Below are positions 8,668-17,336 of a stretch of DNA of 60,053 bases, in pieces. The number at the start of each line of letters is the position of its first letter. Within the stretch, counting starts at the first letter, position 1. Source of the stretch: Candidatus Micrarchaeota archaeon (GTDB taxonomy: Archaea; Micrarchaeota; Micrarchaeia; Anstonellales; Bilamarchaeaceae); contig JBFMEZ010000021.1 in NCBI GenBank assembly GCA_040753215.1, positions 1 through 60,053 of the forward strand. Reading direction: 5' to 3'. The notes under the pieces are model-generated. The model was not told the origin of the DNA and searched no databases. It saw only the letters and a list, made by a program, of their open reading frames with translations. The position numbers and the translations under genes are program-made.

Positions 8668-10239
8668 CTATCCCTCCATGGAAACCTGCGTTATTTCCGC
8701 GTCGCTGACGCCCGCCTTCCTCTTGTCCGCCTTTGTGAATATGTTTATTATGGTGGTATCCTCAATCCCTATCTCCTTCAGGAAGCCGGTGATGTTCGGG
8801 CGCGCGATGCCGAACCGCTCCAGTATTATTATGAAGGAGACTACGTCCAGGTGCCTGCTGTGCTGGTCGAAAAGCCGCACCACCTCTTCAATCCTGTCCT
8901 CGCCGAGCCCGAACTCCAGCAGCCTCCTCTTCAGATCATCCTTATGGAAAGACACAGACCTTGCCACATCAATCGCCTCCCTTTGTTCTTTTGTAAGCAC
9001 GCCCTCCAGCTCCAGGAACAGCTCCCTGACCGGCTCCTCGCCCTCTATCTTTTCTATCAGGAACGTGGAGGGGTAGGGCGCCGCGGTGGAGAAGGCCATG
9101 TTGACTGCGCACTGCCCCACGCCGAACCTGGAGATCTCGTCCCTCATGAAATTGCTGAAGTTCAGGGAACCCTGGAGGTAGTCGAGGAACTTCTCGAACT
9201 TTACCTTGAGTATGAAGGTGGTGCCCACGTTGCTGAATATCGCCTCGCTTATGTCCGTGGGGTTCTGCGATGCGACTATTATCCCGAAGTTGTACTTCCT
9301 CCCCTCCCTCACAATCATGACCGCATCGCTGTTGTCGTCCTTGGCAATCTTCCACGCCTCGTCCAGGACGACTATCAGGCGGAGGCCCTTCTCCTTCGCC
9401 CATCCCATCGCGCGCATCCTCTCCTTCACGAACTGCAGCACGGCCAGGGCGCCCAGCGCGCGGAAGCGCTCGTCGGGCAGCCCGGAAAGGTCCAAGGCGA
9501 CGAGGCCGGAGGTAGTGAGCTCGTCCAGGCTCACAGTGCTGTGCTGCGCGAAAAAGTCCTCGCCCGGCTTTGTGAATTCGCGGAGGCGGTAGATGGCGTT
9601 CTCCAGCTCGGCCGGGAACTCGTACGTGCCCAGGGAGGACTTCTCCTCCAGTATTTTCGCGACATCCTTCAGCGTGGGTGGGCTGAGCGGCCTTCCCAGC
9701 TCGTCCCTCTGCTCGGTGGAGTCCATCCTGTACTTGTTGTTGACGTACGCCTGCTCTATCGCCTGCTCGGTGAGCCGCTTCTGCTCCGGGTACTGCTCGA
9801 TGTCCGTGAGGAGGGCGAGCGTGCGCATTATCTGCTTTATGCGGTCGTAGGGCTTCATCCCGCCCAAGTCAAGCAGGTTGAGGTAGGAGCCCTTCCCCAG
9901 CGTTACGACCCTTCCGCCGGTGAGCCTCACCCAGTCCTTGTACTCCCCCGCCCAGTCGAGTATGAGCGCGTTGGAGCCCCACACGAAGGATGCGCGGGTG
10001 AGGAAGGTCTTTATGAAATAGGATTTGCCGGAGCCGCTTATTCCAACGGCCGCGATGTGCGGGTTCGCGATTTCCTGGAACGACCAGTAGAACGGCACGT
10101 TGAGTATCTTGGTCCTCCCTATGTAAATCGAGCCGGCGGGGTCCGCGAAAAGAACGTCCATCGGGGGCTCTGGCGGATGTACCAGTATGTTCCGCTTGGC
10201 AAGTTCCCGGTTGGATACCCTTGAGATCTGCAGGGCCAT
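8668..10239 (-). CDS. VirB4/HerA-FtsK superfamily ATPase (DUF87-like)
   Basis: NPHIAAVGISGSGKS Walker A, LILDWAGEY, IVVLDEAW Walker B, REGRKY arginine finger, ASQ sensor; ~110-aa helical C-terminal extension. Confidence 0.9.
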   Translation of the reverse strand: MALQISRVSNRELAKRNILVHPPEPPMDVLFADPAGSIYIGRTKILNVPFYWSFQEIANPHIAAVGISGSGKSYFIKTFLTRASFVWGSNALILDWAGEYKDWVRLTGGRVVTLGKGSYLNLLDLGGMKPYDRIKQIMRTLALLTDIEQYPEQKRLTEQAIEQAYVNNKYRMDSTEQRDELGRPLSPPTLKDVAKILEEKSSLGTYEFPAELENAIYRLREFTKPGEDFFAQHSTVSLDELTTSGLVALDLSGLPDERFRALGALAVLQFVKERMRAMGWAKEKGLRLIVVLDEAWKIAKDDNSDAVMIVREGRKYNFGIIVASQNPTDISEAIFSNVGTTFILKVKFEKFLDYLQGSLNFSNFMRDEISRFGVGQCAVNMAFSTAAPYPSTFLIEKIEGEEPVRELFLELEGVLTKEQREAIDVARSVSFHKDDLKRRLLEFGLGEDRIEEVVRLFDQHSRHLDVVSFIIILERFGIARPNITGFLKEIGIEDTTIINIFTKADKRKAGVSDAEITQVSMEG

Positions 10240-10249
10240 TTTTGCACCG

Positions 10250-11056
10250 CTATATGAGGGCCGCCTCGAGCTCCCTCGGGGTTGGCGGCATCGCCTTCTC
10301 CCATTCAAAGCATTTCAGCATCTGGTCCGCGGCAAGCTGCTCCACCTGCACGTTCAGCGCGTTGGAGAGCGTAACCTTCAGCTCCCTCGCCTGCGCGCGC
10401 ACTGCGGCGGTCGCCGCCTCCTTGGAAACGCCGCTCGCGGTGGTCATCGCGTATGCAAGGACTCCCATGGGCCTGAGCCCTTTCGTGAGCTTTGTGAGCT
10501 GCTCGTCCCACATCGCGACCTCCCGCTCGTACTTGTCTATCCTCAGCACGTCCGGCTCGGTCTTCTCCCGCTCGCGGGCGAGCCGAAGCTGCGCCTCCGC
10601 CTTCTTCGTCTCTATCTTCTTCCTCTCCTCGCCTATGTCCTCGGCGTATAGCATGTACGAGACCTTGGCGACGTATTTTATGTTGGAGATTGCACGCTCG
10701 AAATCCTCGTTGTAGGCTATGTTCTGCTCGAGGGACTTCTCTGTCGCGGACTCGAAGACCCTTATCCCGAGGAAGGCGCTGGAGTAATACAGGTTGCCCA
10801 CCTTCTTCACTATCACGTCCTGGGACGGCGGGATCTCGTAGCCGGTGTCCGTGATGAGGAGGGTGTTCGTCCTCTGGGTGAGGAGCGGGACGAGGATGTA
10901 GCCATACTTCAGGAACAATATCGCGAAAATGCTGCCAAGCCCCGCGAGGAGGGCCGCGAGTATGCTCAGGGCGCCCCCTCCGGAAGCGAGCGCCATGAGC
11001 GCCCCGAAGAGGCCCACTCCCGCCGAACCGTAGGCGAGCTGCTTTTCTGTGACCAT
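10250..11056 (-). CDS. Membrane protein (two N-terminal TMs, cytoplasmic coiled-coil domain) upstream of the VirB4-like ATPase
   Basis: Two adjacent N-terminal hydrophobic helices, then a charged helical hairpin. First gene of the operon, with a TTTATAAA box at 11092-11099. Confidence 0.75.
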   Translation of the reverse strand: MVTEKQLAYGSAGVGLFGALMALASGGGALSILAALLAGLGSIFAILFLKYGYILVPLLTQRTNTLLITDTGYEIPPSQDVIVKKVGNLYYSSAFLGIRVFESATEKSLEQNIAYNEDFERAISNIKYVAKVSYMLYAEDIGEERKKIETKKAEAQLRLAREREKTEPDVLRIDKYEREVAMWDEQLTKLTKGLRPMGVLAYAMTTASGVSKEAATAAVRAQARELKVTLSNALNVQVEQLAADQMLKCFEWEKAMPPTPRELEAALI

Positions 11057-11100
11057 CGGCAACCACCAACGGCAGAATTAGTGCTCTATGGTTTATAAAC

Positions 11101-12417
11101 TTATTCTCGAAGAGCAGACTCCACTATGCGCTCGGCGTCCCCGATGTAGGTGGAGGGATCGAACAGGGCGTCCAGCTCCTTCTTTGCGAATCTCTTCCCG
11201 GGAGGGCTGGCCTCCAGCACTTCGCGGAGGGATTTCTTCTCAGCGAACGCCTTCTGGGAGAGCTCCCGCACGGATTCGTGGGCCTCCTGCCTTCCCACGC
11301 CCTTTTCCGTGAGCGCGAGCATCAGCCGCTCGGCCATTATCAGCCCGCGGGTGAGCTCCAGGTTCTTCCTTATGTTCTCCGGGAAGAACTGCAAATCCGG
11401 GAGGATGGACGAGAGCTGCACGAGCATGTAATCCGTTATGATGAAGGATTCCGGGAAAATGAAGCGCTCGTTCGCGGAGTTCGTGAGGTCGCGCTCGTGC
11501 TCAAGGGGGATATTTTCCATGGCCGTCTGGACGTTGGCGCGGACCAAACGCGCAAGAGAACATACCCTCTCGGATTTGTGGGGATTCCTCTTGTGCGGCA
11601 TCGTTGAGGAGCCCACCTGCTTCCTGCCAAAGGGCTCCGCGATCTCGCCAATCTCCGGGCGGGAGAGGTTGCGGATTTCCTTGGCTATTTTTTCGCAGGT
11701 TCCGGAGATTAGCGCGAGCAGGGAGAGGATTTCAGCATGCCTGTCGCGCTGGATTACCTGGCTGGAGACCGGGGCGGGGGTGAGGCCGAGCAATTCCATC
11801 ACTCTCTTTTCGAGCCTTTCGCCATCCTTGCCGAAGGCCGCGCGCGTGCCTGTCGCGCCGCTCATCTTTCCCACGAGGATGCGCTTCTCCGCTTCTTCTA
11901 TTCTCTGGAGGTGCCTTTTTACTTCCGTATAATAGAGGGCGAACTTCATCCCATAAGTGGTCGGTACCGCGTGCTGGCCGTGCGTCCTTCCGATGCACAC
12001 GGTTTTCTTGTGCTTAAGGGCGAGGGATTTCAGGATTTCCGCAAGCGCGGAAAGGCGCTTCTTCTCCAGGGCGAGCGCATCCCGGAAGATGAGTGCGGTC
12101 GCAGTATCCTCTATATCATAGCTGGTTGCGCCGAGATGCACATAAGAGCCCGCATCCCCGCTCTGCTCGGAGAGGGCCTTCACCATGGCCATGAGGTCGT
12201 GGTGGATTTCGTGCTCTATCTCAAGAACGCGGGAGAGCTTCACCTTTTTGCTCCCTTCTTCTATTCTTTTAGGGGCGTCTTTTGGGATGCGGCCCAACTC
12301 AGCGTGCGCCTTCGCAAGGGCGATTTCTACGTCCATCCACTTGCGGAGCTTAAACTCCTCGTCGAAAATAGCGCTCATTTCGGTTCTGTACCGTGAATCA
12401 AGGGGCGAGATTGCCAT
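11101..12417 (-). CDS. purB: Adenylosuccinate lyase
   Basis: SPLDSRY, VHLGATSYDI, GRTHGQHA, GSSTMPHKRNP fumarate-lyase signature, EHERDLTNS. Confidence 0.97.
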   Translation of the reverse strand: MAISPLDSRYRTEMSAIFDEEFKLRKWMDVEIALAKAHAELGRIPKDAPKRIEEGSKKVKLSRVLEIEHEIHHDLMAMVKALSEQSGDAGSYVHLGATSYDIEDTATALIFRDALALEKKRLSALAEILKSLALKHKKTVCIGRTHGQHAVPTTYGMKFALYYTEVKRHLQRIEEAEKRILVGKMSGATGTRAAFGKDGERLEKRVMELLGLTPAPVSSQVIQRDRHAEILSLLALISGTCEKIAKEIRNLSRPEIGEIAEPFGRKQVGSSTMPHKRNPHKSERVCSLARLVRANVQTAMENIPLEHERDLTNSANERFIFPESFIITDYMLVQLSSILPDLQFFPENIRKNLELTRGLIMAERLMLALTEKGVGRQEAHESVRELSQKAFAEKKSLREVLEASPPGKRFAKKELDALFDPSTYIGDAERIVESALRE

Positions 12418-12460
12418 AGATATTGATGGGGGGAAGAAAATTAAAAAAGGGAGGGTAGGC

Positions 12461-12509
12461 ATGTAGTGCTAAAAAATATCCATATTTTCATAATATTTTA
12501 GCACTACAT
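12461..12509. repeat. Palindromic site A (GTAGTGCTAAA-N23-TTTAGCACTAC)
   Basis: 14-bp perfect inverted repeat 12461-12474/12496-12509; the right arm contains the Fic stop codon. Confidence 0.9.
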
Positions 12510-13445
12510 TTTATACGGCTTCGCCCGTTTAAGGTAGAAATCAAGGGCCTCGTTGACCTTCCTCTTGAAGAACAGCACCAGCCCGTATTGCCTGTTCTTT
12601 GTCTGTGCCTGCTCCAGAAGCCGCAGGTAGCGCAGGCGCTCCTTCTTCGCTATTATTATGGGCGGATAACCGCCTTTCATAAGAACCCAGTTGGCGAGCA
12701 GCCTGCCCACCCCCCCATTCCCGTCAACGAAAGGATGGATGGACTCGAATTCAAGGTGGGAGACCGCTGCAAGGGCAATCGGATCGTACCCGTTCGGGTT
12801 CCTGTTGGTCTTGTACACGAACTCTCCCATTAGTTTTGGCACCCGGTTCGGAGGCGGAGGCATGAACGGGGAGCCGCGCGGATAGACCTGCACCGGGCGG
12901 TAAGCGCCGAGGTACTTTTCCACTACTCCTTTCATAGTCGCCTTGTGCAGCTCAAGGATGTCGGCTTCTCGGATTTCCTTCTTTCCCTCCTTCATCCACC
13001 TGAAAATGATGTTTATGGCATCCCGGTGCCCCTTCGCGGCAAGATAATCAGTGAGCGGCTTGTTCCCGACGACCATTCCTTCGTCGAGGAGCGTAGCCGT
13101 TTCCTTCAGAGAGAGGGTGCTGCCCTCTATCGCGGTGGAATTGTAGGTCCATAGCACTACCAGGTCCTCCATGAGCCGTTCCTCTATCTCCTTTGGAAAC
13201 GGCCTCAGCGAATCGAGCAGTTTCTTCTTTTCCGCTATCTTCCGGTCCAGTTCCTTTTCTCCCTCTTCCTGCCTTTCCTCAGGCTCCGGCATCGTTAGCC
13301 CCTTCTCCTTCGCGTATTTCTCGGCCTCGTCCCGCCTGCCGAGATATTTCATTATCTCCTGGCGGACGGCGCCGCCCTCCCGGACGTTCTTTACGAGGTA
13401 AAAGTAGTACTCGCCGCTGACAAGCTTTGCCCTTATGAATGCCAT
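12504..13445 (-). CDS. Fic-domain protein with N-terminal beta-rich extension
   Basis: Inhibitory-helix motif STAIEG and Fic motif HPFVDGNGGVGRL (canonical HPFxDGNGRxxR). Confidence 0.92.
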   Translation of the reverse strand: MAFIRAKLVSGEYYFYLVKNVREGGAVRQEIMKYLGRRDEAEKYAKEKGLTMPEPEERQEEGEKELDRKIAEKKKLLDSLRPFPKEIEERLMEDLVVLWTYNSTAIEGSTLSLKETATLLDEGMVVGNKPLTDYLAAKGHRDAINIIFRWMKEGKKEIREADILELHKATMKGVVEKYLGAYRPVQVYPRGSPFMPPPPNRVPKLMGEFVYKTNRNPNGYDPIALAAVSHLEFESIHPFVDGNGGVGRLLANWVLMKGGYPPIIIAKKERLRYLRLLEQAQTKNRQYGLVLFFKRKVNEALDFYLKRAKPYKM

Positions 13446-13449
13446 GGTT

Positions 13450-13506
13450 GGTTTTGTAGTGCTAAATTTATAAGCATTTTGGAAGATTTTTTAGCACTAC
13501 AAAACC
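13450..13506. repeat. Palindromic site B (GTAGTGCTAAA-N23-TTTAGCACTAC) enclosing the likely Fic promoter
   Basis: 17-bp perfect inverted repeat 13450-13466/13490-13506; the spacer contains a TATA-like TTTATAAG. Confidence 0.9.
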
Positions 13507-13507
13507 T

Positions 13508-13954
13508 TCAATTCAGATGCCTCCTTTTTTCCATGCGCTCCAAACCCAACCCGATATTGAAAACTGCATCTCCCAGAAGTACACGGGTACTCTCATCAGG
13601 GCAAACCGCCATCTCTGCTTCCAAAACTTTTTGCAGTGCGCTCAAAATGTAACCGTCTTCGCTTCTTGCCAATTCCCCTATAATTCTATCTGCTTTTACA
13701 AAGCTTTCTTTGCCACCGCAGCGATCAATATAAGTAAAAGCTCCAAAACCCGTGGCCACATGTACATAAGAAATTCCTTTTTTCCCAGCATCTCTGATTA
13801 ATTTCCTTAGTCTTTCCAGTTTTCTCCGAACGTCTTTCGGCACTTCGCCTCTCATCTCCAGACCTTCTAGCAGCGGCAAACTATCGGGCCCTTCCCTTCT
13901 CCCATCTGCTTGTTTTGGGCTCGGAGCCAGATCGCCCCGCATTTTCCTGCTCAT
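13508..13954 (-). CDS. Hypothetical protein, AT-richer than surrounding genes
   Basis: 148-aa ORF; its ATG overlaps the TGA of the upstream HTH frame (ATGA). Confidence 0.6.
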   Translation of the reverse strand: MSRKMRGDLAPSPKQADGRREGPDSLPLLEGLEMRGEVPKDVRRKLERLRKLIRDAGKKGISYVHVATGFGAFTYIDRCGGKESFVKADRIIGELARSEDGYILSALQKVLEAEMAVCPDESTRVLLGDAVFNIGLGLERMEKRRHLN

Positions 13955-14212
13955 ATCATCACCCTTAGACTGGGATCGCTTATGGCTCTGTAAACTGTCA
14001 TGTGGCTCATCCCAAGCAGGTCAGCGACCTCCCTAATCGACATCCGCTCGAAAATGTAAAGCCTGAGAATCTCGTTAAGGAGCCGGTTATCCACAAGCCC
14101 TTTTCGCCTTCTCCCAAAACTAGCAATCTGCGGAGAGCCAAAGCCTAGGCTCGCCCATGCGCAGTCTTGCGTCTCTGGTTCCGAGTCCTGTTTTGTTTCC
14201 TGTTTTTTTCAT
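13951..14212 (-). pseudogene. Small HTH protein gene with a one-base frameshift in an A7 run after the start codon
   Basis: SD GAGGTGA, then ATG AAAAAAA C. Removing one A gives MKKQETKQD...LRLYIFERMSIREVADLLGMSHMTVYRAI (HTH), ending at TGA 13951. The span is 262 nt = 3n+1. Confidence 0.65.
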
Positions 14213-14283
14213 TTGGCTCACCTCTTTAATTTTGTAATTCGTTTGCGCCGAACAGGTATATAAAAGTATGTAACAGTCCGCCG

Positions 14284-14820
14284 CTAATCCTGTTCTTTCC
14301 TCTCTTCGGGCGAGCCGTAAATAATCTTCCTCCGGGGGCGCCCGCGTTCCCGTTTCCGGTTTCCTGTTTCGGGTTTCCGGTACTCTGTGCCCGCTCGCTG
14401 ACTGGAAACCGGCAACCGGGAACCGGGAACTGGCAAAGACCAGTTTATGAACATGGCCGGCTTCTTCCCCTCTATGTCTATGAGCATCCATTTCTCCTTC
14501 ACGAGCAGTTTCTTCTTCAAAACAGTGTAAGCCGCTTCCATCGGAAGGGAGCGGGCGTTGGAGCTTACTATGAGGATTTTGTATTCCGCAGGAGTGGAGT
14601 TCATGTAGGTGATTGTTTCGAAAAAGTCCCTCCTTCCGCCGAACTCTATGCGCAGGATTGCGGAGATGCGCTCCCCTTTTACTGTGAGCATCCTTCCGTC
14701 CCTCTGCACCTCAAATCCCCTTGCTTTGGCTAAGGATTCGTACGCGGAGAGGAGGGATTCGAGAAGGTCCTTCTCCGGCTTTTTGACCTGAAGAATGTCC
14801 GTAAAAATGCTCACCGGCAT
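14284..14820 (-). CDS. Hypothetical protein; C-terminal part contains translated heptamer repeats
   Basis: 178-aa ORF, divergent from the AMMECR1 gene across a shared TTATAAA box. Confidence 0.65.
   Translation of the reverse strand: MPVSIFTDILQVKKPEKDLLESLLSAYESLAKARGFEVQRDGRMLTVKGERISAILRIEFGGRRDFFETITYMNSTPAEYKILIVSSNARSLPMEAAYTVLKKKLLVKEKWMLIDIEGKKPAMFINWSLPVPGSRLPVSSQRAGTEYRKPETGNRKRERGRPRRKIIYGSPEERKEQD
14345..14436. repeat. Heptamer repeat (GGAAACC-like), inverted pair of arrays
   Basis: About 5x GTTTCCG-like units at 14345-14381 and about 5x ACCGGGA/ACTGGAA-like units at 14401-14436. Confidence 0.8.
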
Positions 14821-14865
14821 AGTACTCAGAGAGTGATTATAAACGTATATACCGGAATTACATGC

Positions 14866-15435
14866 ATGGGGTTTTCTGCAGAACAGAAGAAAAAACTACT
14901 TCTGATTGCACGGAAGGCGATAGAGTATTATGCGGAGAGGGGGGAGGAGCCGGGAGCCCTCAGGGAAGCGGACATAGACGAGTTTGACATGCCGCGCGGG
15001 GTTTTCGTCACGCTGCAGAAGGGGCGGGAGCTGAGGGGGTGCATGGGCTTCCCGCTCCCGATAATGCCGCTGGGGAAGGCGGTGGTGAAGAGCGCCATAT
15101 GCGCCGCATTCGAGGACTACAGGTTCCCGCAGGTGCGCAGGGAAGAATTGGGCGGGATAAGCATCACCATAAGCGTCCTCACCGTCCCTGAGCTGGTGGA
15201 TGCCGGGAAGCCGGAGGAATACGCAAAGAAGATAAAAATCGGCAGGGACGGGCTCACCATCCACTGCATGGGGTGCTCTGGGCTGCTGCTCCCCCAGGTG
15301 CCGGTTGAGGAGGGGTGGGGGATAGAGGAATACCTCTCCCACCTCTGCATGAAGGCGGGGCTGCACCCGAAGACCTGGAGGGAGAAGGGGGCGGTTATAA
15401 AATCCTTCCAGGCAGAGATAATAAGGGAGGAGTAG
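14866..15435 (+). CDS. AMMECR1-domain protein (AmmeMemoRadiSam protein A family)
   Basis: RGVFVTL, LRGCMG, AAFEDYRF, ISVLT, GLLLPQVPVE, LCMKAGL. Confidence 0.93.
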   Translation: MGFSAEQKKKLLLIARKAIEYYAERGEEPGALREADIDEFDMPRGVFVTLQKGRELRGCMGFPLPIMPLGKAVVKSAICAAFEDYRFPQVRREELGGISITISVLTVPELVDAGKPEEYAKKIKIGRDGLTIHCMGCSGLLLPQVPVEEGWGIEEYLSHLCMKAGLHPKTWREKGAVIKSFQAEIIREE

Positions 15436-15436
15436 G

Positions 15437-16216
15437 ATGAGGATAAGGACCATACAGCGGGAGAGCGGCACCTACATACGCGTGCCGGACGATTTGCGCA
15501 GGGCTGAGGAGGTGGAGCTCTTCCTTCTGCGGGACGGGTACTATCTCCTATCCATGCCGCTGGGCGGTGAGGCGGAAAATAGCGGTCGGCAAACGTCCGC
15601 TGGTTACAGTAAACAGGAAACCGGAAACCGGAAACCGGAGGATGCGGGGGGAATAACGCAGCTCGAAAAGAAGGTGCTGGGGAAGCTGGCTTCCATAAAG
15701 TTCAACCGGAGGACCGCTTCCTCCATAAGCAGGGAATTCAGCAGGCAGGAGAGGGAGGCGCTGCTCTCGCTGGAGAAGAAGGGCGTGGTGACGTTCATAA
15801 AGAGCGGGAAGTACCCGGGCGGGGTGTACAACATACAGAACGGGTTCTATCCCCAGCACAGGAAGGAGGCGGCGGAAGACTGCAGCGGGGCGGACCTCGA
15901 GAAGCAGCTTTTCCGGGACGGGTATGCCGTTGTCCCGGACCCGCGCGCGGCGCAGGCGCTTTCGGACATGCTGCAGAGGCAGAAGAACGCCGTCACGGGC
16001 GTCAAGAGCTTTGACGGCAAATATTATGTGGCAACGCGGGCGCACATGGAGAGGGTAAGGCGTGTGCTGGCGAGGTGGAGGGAAGAGCACGCGGACCCGA
16101 AGGCGGTCGGGGCGAAATTCGGCATCCACCCGGATTCCGTGAAGGCGGTGCTGAAGATACTCGCTGAAGGCGGGGAATATGTGGAGAAGGGAGAGGTGTT
16201 CCTGAAGGTGGAATGA
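15437..16216 (+). CDS. Hypothetical protein, possibly nucleic-acid binding
   Basis: N-terminal GTYIRVP segment (AbrB-like) and helix-wing-like segments; operon-coupled; contains the KPETGNRK repeat insertion. Confidence 0.65.
   Translation: MRIRTIQRESGTYIRVPDDLRRAEEVELFLLRDGYYLLSMPLGGEAENSGRQTSAGYSKQETGNRKPEDAGGITQLEKKVLGKLASIKFNRRTASSISREFSRQEREALLSLEKKGVVTFIKSGKYPGGVYNIQNGFYPQHRKEAAEDCSGADLEKQLFRDGYAVVPDPRAAQALSDMLQRQKNAVTGVKSFDGKYYVATRAHMERVRRVLARWREEHADPKAVGAKFGIHPDSVKAVLKILAEGGEYVEKGEVFLKVE
15611..15640 (+). repeat. Heptamer repeat (AAACCGG)x4 within CDS
   Basis: aaacagg aaaccgg aaaccgg aaaccgg. Confidence 0.8.
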
Positions 16217-17332
16217 ATGACCGTTATACGCGATGCGGTGCACGGGAACATAACCATCAGCCCGCTGGAGGAGCGGATAATAGACAGCGGCGAATTCCAG
16301 CGGCTCAGGCGGATAAAGCAGCTTGCGCTCACGTACATGGTCTATCCCGGCGCCGTGCACACCAGGTTCGAGCACTCGCTCGGCACGATGCATCTCGCGT
16401 CCTCCATCTGCGACGTGCTCGGGATCGGGGGGGGCGAGAAGGGGAGGATAAGGGTGAGGGCGCTGCTCCACGACGTGGGGCACGTCGCGTTCTCCCACGA
16501 AAGCGAGCAGGCGCTGCGCAGCGCGCTCGGGGGGCACGAGAAGGCGGGGGAGAGGAAGGCGCTGGAAGGCGAACTCGCGGAAATAATAGGGGGGGCTTAT
16601 TCCCCTAAAGAGGTTTTTTCCGGGAAAGGCGGGATTGCGGAGGAGATAATCGCCTGCGATGTGGGGGCGGATAGGATGGACTACCTTAAGAGGGATTCCC
16701 ACCACACGGGCGTCGCATACGGGATAATAGACACCGACCGGCTCATACACACGATGCTCGCGGAGGAGGGCAGGATATGCGTGGAGAGGGGCGGGCTGGA
16801 GGCCGCGGAATCCCTCCTCATAGGCAGGTTCCTCATGTTCTCGACCGTTTACATGCACAAGACTGTGCGCATCGCCTCCGCGATGCTCGACCGGGCGATA
16901 AGGAAGGCGGTCGGCGCGGGCGGGCTCAGCCCGGAGGATTTCCTTGGCGCCGGGGACGAGGAGATACTGCTTGCGCTGGGGAGGATTCCGGAGAGCGCGC
17001 CGTACGCCGGAGCGATAATGCGCAGGAGGTTTTACAAGCAGGCGCTGGCAGTGAGCGACCTGCACCCGCTCCTGAAAAAGCCGGAGGAGGCGGAGGCTGA
17101 GCTCTCGGAAAAATGCGGATGCGACATAATAATCGGCATGCCCAACATCCCGGCGCTTCCGTCCGGCCTCATGGTAAAGGGCAGGGAGGGGAGCGTGAGC
17201 ATATTCGAAGCGTCAGACCTCGTGTCCTCACTCCTGGCGGCCGAAGAGAGGAGGAGGAATGCGATAGTCATGTGCCCGGAGAAGGACAGGGAGGAAGCGG
17301 CAAAGGCGGCCGCAAAATATTTTGCGGAGTAG
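16217..17332 (+). CDS. HD-domain phosphohydrolase (SAMHD1/dNTPase-like family)
   Basis: IRDAVHG, FQRLRRIKQL, HTRFEHSLG, LLHDVGHVAFSH, DRMDYLKRD. Confidence 0.93.
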   Translation: MTVIRDAVHGNITISPLEERIIDSGEFQRLRRIKQLALTYMVYPGAVHTRFEHSLGTMHLASSICDVLGIGGGEKGRIRVRALLHDVGHVAFSHESEQALRSALGGHEKAGERKALEGELAEIIGGAYSPKEVFSGKGGIAEEIIACDVGADRMDYLKRDSHHTGVAYGIIDTDRLIHTMLAEEGRICVERGGLEAAESLLIGRFLMFSTVYMHKTVRIASAMLDRAIRKAVGAGGLSPEDFLGAGDEEILLALGRIPESAPYAGAIMRRRFYKQALAVSDLHPLLKKPEEAEAELSEKCGCDIIIGMPNIPALPSGLMVKGREGSVSIFEASDLVSSLLAAEERRRNAIVMCPEKDREEAAKAAAKYFAE

Positions 17333-17336
17333 GCGG

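Noticed and set aside
8431..10224. 597-aa plus-strand ORF, and similar long antisense ORFs (15548-17065, 44610-46097, 56761-58152, 57977-59065)
   Set aside because: These are shadows of well-supported genes on the opposite strand in GC-rich DNA, with no recognisable motifs.
16214..16219. In-frame TGA-ATG junction suggesting readthrough fusion to the HD protein
   Set aside because: The HD protein begins with its normal family N-terminus (IRDAVHG), so simple translational coupling explains it.
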